A DNA stretch of 64,000 nucleotides from Octopus sinensis. Lineage: Eukaryota. Below the pieces are notes generated by a model. It ran no database searches. It was not told the DNA's origin and saw nothing but the letters and a program-made list of their open reading frames with translations. The stretch is from NCBI RefSeq assembly GCF_006345805.1, contig NC_043009.1, positions 58,900,001 through 58,964,000 of the forward strand, read 5' to 3'. The number at the start of each line of letters is the position of its first letter. The stretch's first letter is position 1. The translations under genes were made by a program, and so were the position numbers. Below are positions 53,905-64,000 of the stretch, piece after piece.

Positions 53905-54699
53905 ATAGTACATGGGGATTCATGGAAGGAACAGTTAAGCGAGTTCAATTACACAGGGGAGATGGGTCAAGGTTCCTATGCAACATAATCGGAACACTCA
54001 GTTTTAGTGTCAAGTTATGCGGTAGCATCTCAGTGGGTCAAAACTTGTTCAGAAATTTAACAGGGTATTGAATAACCTGATCTTGATCGACTGCTGTTAA
54101 TTGATCGAAAAGTCATTTCTGAAGAAGTCCATAATTGAGTTTATTAACCGTTTCATTAGTTGGAGCTAGTTATATCTCTTTCACATAACCAGTTTACATC
54201 TGTGTAATTGACAGATAAATTAGGAAATCCTTGATCCATACGATCCCTAAGAGAAAGTATCATTCGACTGCATGTAATTTCATGTAGCTAAAGTCTTAAG
54301 TTGAATGTTAATATCCAATTAGAAATCATAAGAAGCTCATATGATCACCTTATAGAAATACTCTGATGTTGTTTGTAAGATGAAGTTTTTTCACATGTCT
54401 CCAAAGCATACTTTCTGTAGCATACTTATGCTATAAAAAAAATTTAGGGAACATGTCCTCACCAAGGACAATTAGCCTGAGGACAACAGATGATTTAAAA
54501 CTTCTTGATATATTGGAAAGGGGGTAATTAACGAAGGGGGTAGTTGTCGTCAGGGGGAATTATCCTATCGGGGGTAATTGTGCTGATGCAGTTTACGGAA
54601 GACCAGTACGCTTGAGGGAGTAGTTGCCACTGTAGTAGTCATAAATTGGAAGAGAAGTTGGGGTGTGTTTGTGAGTGATTCTGAAGCTGGTCGTCTCTA

Positions 54700-56090
54700 G
54701 AGGGGTGGACACTAGAATGTTTTCCTAAAATTTGTTGAGATACAGTTTAAGAATGGTCCAAATCGGTTATTTGTAGTTTGAGTGACCGAAAGGTTTGCTT
54801 TACGTTAAATAGCCCGAGGCAAACTCCACGGTTCAGATTGTACCTTTGCAGGATTTACAGGTCTGGGTGGGTATGAGTCACTTTTCTTGTGGTAATGTGT
54901 GATCTATCCCAAATGTATAAACTGTAGTCTTAAACTAAACTGCCGCGGTGCAGCTATGAGTTAACTACTCAGCTGACATGAGGATGAGGTTTTGGCTTTT
55001 GTGTTCGATTGGAAAGGGCATGGCAGAGGAAGGGGATTCAGCTACCTGCCTAGTTGTTTTTGATGACCTAAAAAGGATAAGGATAGGGTACATAGATCTT
55101 GGCTGAGATTTGGCCAATCATATATGTGAAAATATAAAGATGGAGCAGTGTAGAAAATTGCGTAATATGTGAGTGTGTGAGAATACAGTCACCATAAAGC
55201 AGAAGTTGGACGACCAGATAAGAACAGTGATAGTGATGGTTTTAGAGATCTTGTGTTAGGTTGCGAGAAAGAGATGAAAGATGCTTCGATTGACCATATG
55301 CCAATGAAGAATGCCCCTAAGGAGATAAAACTAGTTAATAGCCTGAAAGATTTGATTACTGAATTGGCAGCATAAATATTAGAAGAGATTAAAAGCTAAG
55401 ATGGGTTAAGTCACCAAAAACAATGATTTATGGGGCGGGTGAAGTCAGGAGGAAAATGTTCTTGAAGTATTACTGATGTGAGGCGGAAGATATATTGCCG
55501 AAGAAAGTTTGGTAGCCAGCGCAGTACAAAGAGCGGTAGCGGGAGATGGTGTGTCTGAGACTGAGTGGAAAGGCGGCTTTGAATTAGATCAACTGGGAGT
55601 TTTTATATTTGATACCTGAGTGAGAAAGATGTGTGACAACGAAATGAAAACAATGTATACATAGACACCATACCTTAGAGGGAAATTTGAGTTAAACGTG
55701 TTGGATGGAGAGTAGAGATGGGATGAGTTGAGGAATGACAGATATTCGTCTTGATGATGAACGGGTTTTTGGTTTGTGTGATAATTCGGGTGAGTTATAG
55801 ATTTAGAATGCATTGGAGTTACTCTTCGATCAAACTCTCATTGATATTCTTTTAACTTCCACTTAGAAAAAAAGGTGAGGGTGGAGAGGAAAGTACATTT
55901 CTGAAAAGATGTGAGACGGCGGAAAAATGGTTAGAGTGATTGACCCTACTCTAAGTATGAGTCTGTAAACTGGAGAGCAGGATAGGGGCCTAGTACCTTT
56001 GGTGTCCAGAGTAATCATGGATTTATGAGATACTTTGATTGTCTTTATTGGGAGTTTCGCCTGTATTAGGAGGTCTCTAACATTCATATT
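54700..56090 (-). mobile_element. Degenerate LINE, apurinic-type endonuclease region (I/Jockey-like)
   Basis: Minus frames give NIYLPP-like and IIVFGDLTH (cf. GDFNAH) motifs; heavily disrupted. Confidence 0.4.
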
Positions 56091-56189
56091 ATAACATATT
56101 TTGTATCCTATGTATACATTTACCGCATTTCACTCGCTTTTCCATTTTTTCTCCTGTATGTAAATTGTTAACTGTCCCTCAGACATAGA

Positions 56190-56795
56190 GATCTCCTATC
56201 AAGATAAACAGCGCATGATCTTGCGGATGGGGCTCAGTTTGAAATTTAACATCAAGTAGCCCGTCCTGCTCGAAGGTTCCGTGGATATGGGACCACCAGC
56301 AACATGCATCACATGCAGAGTACCCAAGGTACATACATCACAACAATATGTGCACGGCATGGTGAACTCATATCAAGATAAACAGCGCATGACCTTGCAG
56401 GTAGGACCCAGTTAGAATTTTCTTCCGGTCAAGTAGCCCATCAGCTTTAAAGGTCCCTGAATAAGTATTATTTAAGGATGTTAAACGAACCACCCATGTT
56501 TCAAGAAGGTGAATTATCCAAACCTCCAAGAATTCCTTTCAACACACGGCTATGATGCCGCCCCACTACTTCTGCTTGGTGACCAGAGATGCACATATCG
56601 TCAGCCACTAAGAGACATGCTCAACTGGTTACGGTCAAACAACTGACAAGCAAATCTGTGGTATTGAGCAGAATATTTGCTGTAGCCCATCTTTTATACC
56701 AAGACAAAACAATGCACATGATAACACTTCCAATCAGTTAAGATCAGAAGTCACGAGAGCCATTGCCTGGTACTGTATCAGGGCATTTATTATCA

Positions 56796-56833
<38 letters not shown>

Positions 56834-56835
56834 CA

Positions 56836-56883
<48 letters not shown>

Positions 56884-56885
56884 GT
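56190..56885 (+). repeat. Interspersed-repeat-like segment with internal 65-bp direct duplication and (ATT)n tail; probable LINE 3' UTR
   Basis: TATCAAGATAAACAGCGCATGA(T/C)CTTGC..TCAAGTAGCCC at about 56197 and 56370; ends directly in (ATT)n. Confidence 0.5.
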
Positions 56886-58187
56886 TAATATGTCGGCATC
56901 AAAGAGAGCATAGTTGCTACTGATTCTTCCTGAAGTCACGACAATTGCGTTTCCGGCGGTTGGTTCGAATGCTCATAACAGAGCAGACACTGCAAAAGGT
57001 AACCACTTGGGGGAGGAAGTCACTGCAAAAATGGGAAGGTGTGATGTGTTTAAATCAACTTCTCAAAAGAAGGAATCCTCTCCACCATCCATAAAGAAAA
57101 AAGAATAGATATATCAAAAATAACTGTATATCAAATTCTCCTCTCTCTCCCACTACGAGCTCTCAACTCTCTGTCTCTCAAAATTTATGCCTCTCTCTCT
57201 CTCTCTCTCTCTCTCTTCCCTCCCTCTTTTTATCCTATCTGTATTTCTCTTTCTTTCTCCTTGCCTCTATTACGACTAAATTTTATATCACTTTCTTGTC
57301 CGCTTCTCCCAGTTTCTCCCTAGTTTTGCGACCTCTATATTACTATCGTTGAATTTCCTTCCCTACTTCACTTTCCTTCTCTCTCTCTCACATATCTCTT
57401 TTTCACTTCTCTCTCCCTCACTTTCTCTCATATTCTTTCTTAGTTTCTCTCTCTCTCTCTTTCTCTCGTTTTTTTCTCTTACTCTTTCTGACTGTCTCTC
57501 CCCCTCACTTCCTCCCTCTCTCTCTCTCTCTCTCTCTCAGTCATCCTCTTTCAATACTTTCATCTCTCCATCCCTACGTATTCTACATACAGACATACAC
57601 ACTTCCTATCTTCAAAGATGAAAAAAAAAACAACCAAAAACAAACAAAAAAAAACATTAGCCATACCCCACCATGTCAGAAATCAATAACTATATATATT
57701 TGTTTATTACTGCTGCTACGGCTGCCATTTTTCTACAAAGACATGAAAACAACAGACAATCTGGTAACCATAGTAACTGTAGAATGTCACATGTTGTTTA
57801 GACTTAAAATTTAGCAAAGGAATATTTGCCACTCACTTTTGATCTCTCCCAGTATAAATCAATCGGTCATCACTTTGTTCTTTCTAGCTCCATATAACCA
57901 CCTCTCATTCTCTCTTTCCCACTCTTTCCCACTCTCTCAGTATATACGCATACATGTGCACACAGTTGAAACAATGCATATACATACCAATATATATGAC
58001 ATATGATATATCTATATATATATATATATGCATGTATGTATGTTTGTATGATATACTGCACATGTGAAAATATGAGCATACGTATGAATGTATGTGTTAA
58101 TATATATATATATATACATATATACATATATATATATACGAATGTATGTGTTTATCTATCTACCTACCTACCTACCTACCTACCTAC

Positions 58188-58227
<40 letters not shown>

Positions 58228-58237
58228 ATATATATAC

Positions 58238-58298
<61 letters not shown>

Positions 58299-58361
58299 AT
58301 ATTATATATATATTATCGTACGTATGATTAAATGAAAACATCATGTGTATGCATATATATG

Positions 58362-58438
<77 letters not shown>

Positions 58439-59300
58439 GTAGCATATATCATACGGATTAATGTGCGTGAGGGTGGCATACATTTTTCGTTTACTATAAT
58501 TGGTGGTATAAGTATTTGATGTATACAATACAAGCGCATCTATATGTATGCCTGCATACAAGTCTATCTGAATGCATATGTATATATATATATATATGCA
58601 TATATGTATGCATGTATGAATTTATGCGCGTTTCTCTCTTTGTATGCAAGTATGGATGAATGTACGTATGCCATTTTGTATGTGTTTGAAAGAGCGGCCA
58701 AAGATCAAGATTTTGATATAGTGTAGAAATTCTTTGCCTGACTGGTCATCAGAGACCAATAATCGTTAAAGTGCTAATTAACGCCGCAAAATTACAATAT
58801 TTCTCTCTTTTCCAATCCGAAAATACAAAAAGCTTTCCAGTTACCTGAACTCCATCAACCTCATCCTTCCATTAATGGTCAAGCTTATGTGTGAGTCATT
58901 TTCATCATTGCTTCTTAACGGTCAAAATGCCAACTATTTTCCAGCTCTAAAGAAAAGTGTATTCTTGCGACCAACCCTCTATTTCGCGACTAAGATTAAT
59001 GTAAAAATAATTATATAGTTTTCATTTAGTAATTTACATGCCAAGCACACCAATTCACACGCCCATAAACACACGTGCATATACACGCGCATATACATAC
59101 ACACATGTACGCATGAAATTGTACACCTACGTACATACGTACATAATAGGTTTTAGAAAATCTTCATCAATTAATAGGTATTTCTGCTAGACTTTAACTC
59201 CTCTAGCAAGTTGTTGCTGATATAGTTTAGTTCAAGCGAACTTGTCCACCATCTGAGAAATCATTAGCATAGTGAGCCAATGACAGGACACAGGACGCTT

Positions 59301-59382
59301 TATGTGGTTTATCGATTCACTAGAAACAGCAGCCAAATCTCTCTCTGTTTCCGCCTGTCTGACTCTCTCTCTCTCCACACTA

Positions 59383-59436
<54 letters not shown>

Positions 59437-59762
59437 TAGATTACACACCACTGAGACCTCAGCTCTTGTTGGTCCTCATGTGCCGATTTCCTCCACAGAA
59501 TCGGGATAACGGCAGCCTGTCTGTGGTTCATCGATTCACTAGAAACAGCAGCCGAATCGCTCTCTGTCTCCGCCTGTCTGGCTCTCTCTCTCTCTCTCTC
59601 TCTCTCCACACACATACACACACACACACAAACACACAGACACACACATACACACACACACAAATACACACATATTATATTACACACCACTGAGACCCCA
59701 GCTCTTCTTGATCCTCATGTCCCGATTTCCCCCATAGAATCGGGATAACGGCGGCCTGTCTG
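59301..59762 (+). repeat. Two tandem 220-240-bp units each containing (CT)n(CA)n
   Basis: TGTGGTT(T/C)ATCGATTCACTAGAAACAGCAGCC..TTACACACCACTGAGACC..AGAATCGGGATAACGGC(A/G)GCCTGTCTG occurs twice. Confidence 0.85.
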
Positions 59763-60315
59763 AGAAATGACCCCGCGTGAGGCAGTCCTCACTGCAGCCA
59801 TTCTCCACGGCGACGCCATCGTGGTCATCACGGGCGGTGCTGAACACACCAGGCGTCCTGTGTAGTGTGACACATTGCTCCCTTCACGTTCTCCTGCTTC
59901 AACCTCACCTTTTTCTTCTTTTCTTGTTTATTTCTTTGTTGTTGTTTTTTTTTTGTTTCCTTGTAAGTAAATTGTGATTCAGTAAAGTTTATTTAGCAAT
60001 TGAAATATATTTTAAAGTTAAATCTCACTATCAATGGTAACCAGCGGGCGACGTAACAAGCAAACGGATTTTATGCGCTGACTAATAGATAAAGGAATAT
60101 TGTTTGGCTCGTTAGAAACAAGTACCAAATTTATCAAATCTAATTGTTATCACAAACTAGAAAAATTCTGTCAAAATAAAATCAAACCTAAAAAAAAATA
60201 CTGGATGTTCAAAGTTGTCACCTATTCAGTTTGCGCAATCAGGATTGTACGATTGTCATGAAGATAAAGAATTACAAAAATGAATAAATACACATATAAA
60301 TAAATATATCCATAC

Positions 60316-60383
<68 letters not shown>

Positions 60384-60385
<2 letters not shown>

Positions 60386-60555
60386 AAACACATATAACAT
60401 ACAGAAAATTGCACTACTAGGCACTGCACACATCTTACGCAGAACACTTTCCATACAATAACCATCAGAGCATCACAATAAATCACAGCACATACCCAAG
60501 GCACACAGAGCTGCGCTCGGTACTGAAGTGAAAGCACGCTATAAAAATAAAACTA

Positions 60556-60597
<42 letters not shown>
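60384..60597 (+). mobile_element. 3' end of R4/Dong-type RLE non-LTR retrotransposon, flanked by (TAA)n
   Basis: NIQKIALLGTAHILRRTLSIQ* (stop 60459-60461), about 100-nt 3' UTR, (AAT)n on both sides. Confidence 0.75.
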
Positions 60598-60604
<7 letters not shown>

Positions 60605-60970
60605 GATGTGTTTATTAATTGACATGAGTATCCCTTGCGATCACAATAAAAAAGATGTGTTTCTTAATTGACATGAGTATCCCTTGCGATCACAATATAG
60701 CGGCGAAAGAATTTGACAAGATTAGTAAATATAAAGACCTGCTAATAGAAATTGAAAAAATGTGGCATCTCAAGGCGACTAATGTACCAGTGATTGTAAG
60801 ATCTCTAGGAATGATAAAAAAAAGGTACTGAAAGCTATTTGAAAATGATTCCAGGCTTACCATCCCTACAGGAAGTGCAAAAAATCGTATTATCTGGAAC
60901 GGCTCATGTACTGAGTAGAGCATTATCGCTGTGAAAGCAACATCCATCCATGAATTTATTTATTTATTAA
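60598..60970 (+). mobile_element. Second R4/Dong-type fragment (restriction-like endonuclease domain) with 50-bp 5' tandem duplication
   Basis: CFLIDMSIPCDHNIAAKEFDKISKYKDLLIEIEKMWHLK..VPVIVRSLGMIKK / GTESYLKMIPGLPSLQEVQKIVLSGTAHVLSRALSL*; 60598-60647 is repeated at 60648-60696. Confidence 0.85.
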
Positions 60971-61273
60971 TTTTTAAATACTTATTTTATCTGTGAATTT
61001 GCGTGTGTAATCTGGGAATGCATACAATGAGCTTCTCTGCCCTAGGTGTATGGAAAACACTCGGCGAGATACGGAAGAAAATTTGAAGAAAGAAGGAAAA
61101 AACATAATAATAATAATTATTATTATTTTTATCATTATTATTATGCTCTTTAGAACTAACCGACAAACAATAATGGTGCACTAAAATTTCAACTTCAGCT
61201 TAATAGTTTTCTACCAAATATTGATATTTTTCCATTGTACGTATTCTGTTTGAGGCGATCTAGCAAAAATGTT

Positions 61274-61506
61274 AAGGCGGCGAGCTTGCAGAAAAGTTAG
61301 CACTCCGGGCTAAATGCTTAGCGATATTTCGTCTGTCTTTACGTTCTGAGTTCAACTTCCGCCGAGGTCGACGTTGTCTTTCATCCTTTCAGAGTCGTAA
61401 ATTAAGTACCAGTTACGCACTGGATTCGATGTAATCGACTTAATCCCCTTGTCTGTCTTTGTTTGTCCCCTCTATGTGTAGCCACTTAATGGGCAATAAA
61501 GAAATA
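61274..61506 (+). mobile_element. SINE family A monomer
   Basis: AAGGCGGCGAGCTTGCAG.. through GGGCAATAAAGAAATA. Confidence 0.85.
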
Positions 61507-62287
61507 ATAAATGTAATGTAAATGGATAGGTACTTGAATTTCGGGCAGGTGATTTATTTGCACCCTGATAAAATCCAGATCTGGCTAACCATATTTAATG
61601 ATAGAGAACAATTAGAACCGGTTAATTCATGTTACTGCGAAACAAAATTCTTACCCCACAGCCACAGGCAAGTGGTCAAATTTGCATAAATGAAAATTTA
61701 CCTCTCTTCTACGGTATTTCTATTCGAGAAAATATCGGAAACGTCTCCTATGAATTTTGGTTGTAAAACTGTGAAGCGGTCCTTAAGTTTCTCCCCCTTT
61801 CTATTTACTGCACATTGCAAGCATTAAAATTTTTGCTTACATTCATAGACTTTTCTCCCATCTGTTGTGTTGGATTCGATGTGGCGTGCAACGCATGCAC
61901 ATTGGTGAATGTTATAAATGTGATTAGTAAAATTTAGTTTATTCTCATCGTAATTGTCGTTTTTCATTGATTAAAAGTTTAATTAACATTAATGTAATAT
62001 CTGTTATTTTCGTTTTTGTTTAATTTAATTCCATTTAATAGTCATTAATAGATTGGTTTAATAATCAAAAACTTAATGTCAATTTATTCTTTTTTAATGT
62101 AAATTTAAATTCGTTTAGCATTGTGAATTTTAGGCTGCAGTCTTTTTTTTATTTTTTGGTTTTATACTCATCGTTATTTAGTAACTATTTTTTATGTAAT
62201 TCTTGGTTTACTATGGTACTCATTGTACTCCGTGTTTTAGTGATTCTATTTAATCTCAACTACATATTTGTGTTGTTGTTGTTGTCA

Positions 62288-62694
62288 TCTATACATACAA
62301 AGCTGAAGTTTTCTCTGTGTGTGTGAGTGTGTATGGCAGGTTTGGTAGCCTTCAACTAACACTATCTCCTCCGAGACCCTGCGGCGCAAAATGACCAAAA
62401 TTGAGAGTATGATAGAAGAAGGCTTGCTCTTCATTCCGTAGAAGAGACAATTCAAATCGGACCATGTTAAGACCAAAAATTATTTACATTAAAGAGGTGC
62501 TTTTTTTTCTATGAAAATCCTTATATTTGTTACGATTTTTTGACTGCCGCGTCGCCATTTTTCAGTGTATTTCAACCAGAAAAATATTCACTTAAAGAGA
62601 ATAACAAGCTAAATAATGCAGAAGTTTTACTTTTCAAAATCTGCAATTGTAAAGGGTCGAAACAAACCCGAGCAACGCCGGGCTATACTGCTAG
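62288..62694 (+). mobile_element. Non-autonomous Helitron (407 bp), same family as 14667
   Basis: A|TCTATACATACAAAGCTG..CCCGAGCAACGCCGGGCTATACTG-CTAG|T; colinear with the 14667-15059 copy. Confidence 0.9.
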
Positions 62695-63185
62695 TGTGTA
62701 ATAATTCTTAAACAGCGTTATACAATATTTTTGACGCTGTCGACAGCATTGGATTGAATGTCGAAGGTTAGACGTTATAAGATATTTTCAACAGAATAGC
62801 TGATGATGTGATGTCTATGTTTATTTAAGTAATATTTACTCTTACTGCGGTGATTACTCAACCGACCATACGCCTTCTTTTGTGGGTCCCCTTGTTTTGC
62901 TCGTTCCTTTGAGTAACGGTAAGATCTTCGGTATAATACACTCCGGTTATAGCTTTACTTTCGAGCAGGAATCCTCCAAAGTTTGATATAAGTCCATATC
63001 TAGTTTTAATTGTCTCGCTTTTATTTGAATTAAGTTTGTGGTTAAGGGAATATCAGAGTCATATATCAAGCTGAATCTTCATAAAAGCTTTAATCCATTA
63101 TCTGTGTCAGATCGTTAGAATATCAATGATTACAAGTTTCGCTAGAAAAGGATTAATTAGCAAGGTTTGTCACAGAATATATATA

Positions 63186-64000
63186 CAGGGTCTTAGAAAA
63201 AATTTGATATCATTTCGCAATCTAATAACTTAGCGAGTTCTTATTGAAGTGACTTCAAATTTTAACAGCATGGGTAGAAACAGGTCAAAACGTTATATGT
63301 ATTGTTTGTTATGTTTATCTTATCAGGTATAGAAATTGCATTCACAGGAAGAGGAAAAGGCGTTTTGTGTGTTGGTGTATGCTCGAACACAGTTGAACAA
63401 GACTGTGTTGTGTGCATGATATAGTTCTCTAAAAAGTCACCAATAGCAATTCAGATTTGGACATGGCACAAAAAATTCAAAGAGGAAGGCTGTCTGTGGA
63501 AGGCTGTCTGTGGAAGGCAAAAAAATCTGGACGACCACTAACATTGGAAGAGACAGTTGAGCGGGTTCCTAAAAAACTCATGCGATGCTCCAAGAAGTCC
63601 ATAAGAAGAACAAGTCTGGAACACCTGATTCCTCCAGCGACAGTTTGGCGCATCCTGAGGAAACGCTTGCTAATGAAACCCTACAAACTGCAGCTCGGTC
63701 AGGCCATAGCGGCAGATGCCAAGCGAAAGCGCAAAAATGGGGGAATTTGAAGGGCTTGGTCTATGTCCCCAATCTTCCTGCAAACCTACAGGAACTCAAG
63801 CATAACCTCACTACCACACTGGAGAATATTATCCAAGACATGCTGCAACGGGTTTGGGAGGAGCTGGACTAAAGACTTGACGTATGCCGTGTCTCGGGTG
63901 GTGCGTATATTGAACATTGCGAAATCATTCATGGAATCCACATACCTTTGAATTTCTCATTGGAGGAATAAATCTTATGTTGCTCAACATTAAATCTTTT
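63186..64000 (+). mobile_element. Internally deleted Tc1/mariner-superfamily transposon (right end not seen in window)
   Basis: TA|CAGGGT.. left end; HTH-region remnants AFCVLVYARTQLNKTV, GCLWKAKKSGRP..EETVERV..KKSIRRTSLE..TVWRILRKRLLMKPYKLQ; C-terminal DMLQRVWEELD*RLDVC. The central DDD segment is missing. Confidence 0.75.

Larger units (their letters stand above)
52594..54430 (-). mobile_element. Autonomous-type Helitron remnant: PIF1-like helicase C-terminus plus 3' hairpin-CTAG end
   Basis: Minus frames: LWRHVKKLHLTNNIRV; ETVNKLN..IQYPVKFLN..LPHNLTLKLSVPIMLHRNLDP.LCN*TRL; ATIITRSYKGENVFISKIPLIPTDVQFEFKTLQFPVELSFVISINKSQ..FFSHAQHYVASS*VG..NIVYPEVLQH* (stop at 53308). Terminus CCGGGCAACGCCGGGTTATTCAG-CTAG|T at 52594. 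Confidence 0.88.

Overview
AT-rich, intergenic or intronic eukaryotic DNA packed with microsatellites and transposon debris. The SINE families and repeat landscape look cephalopod (Octopus-like); this is an inference from remembered family sequences, not a database result. I find no intact host protein-coding gene, and almost all ORFs in the track are microsatellite read-throughs. Supported features: (1) an intronless p23/PTGES3 retropseudogene split by a non-autonomous Helitron; (2) a structurally complete but internally deleted Ty3/Gypsy element (LTRs, PBS, PPT, 5-bp TSD), inserted in a Penelope-like element and itself interrupted by a CR1-like LINE tail; (3) a Helitron PIF1-helicase remnant interrupted by an RTE fragment with a 12-bp TSD; (4) two Tc1/mariner remnants and a hAT MITE; (5) RTE and R4/Dong-type LINE fragments; (6) many tRNA-derived SINEs; (7) a 100-N gap. 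Most interesting observations: several short elements carrying hammerhead-ribozyme-like cores (one in the loop of a perfect 57-bp inverted repeat), SINE multimers sharing one junction at four loci, a 2x2 shuffle of SINE body and tail modules, two RLE retroelement tails stacked in a (TAA)n tract, and a 520-bp unit present in both tandem and inverted copies. All protein calls come from manual translation and motif recognition. Boundaries of degraded elements are approximate.
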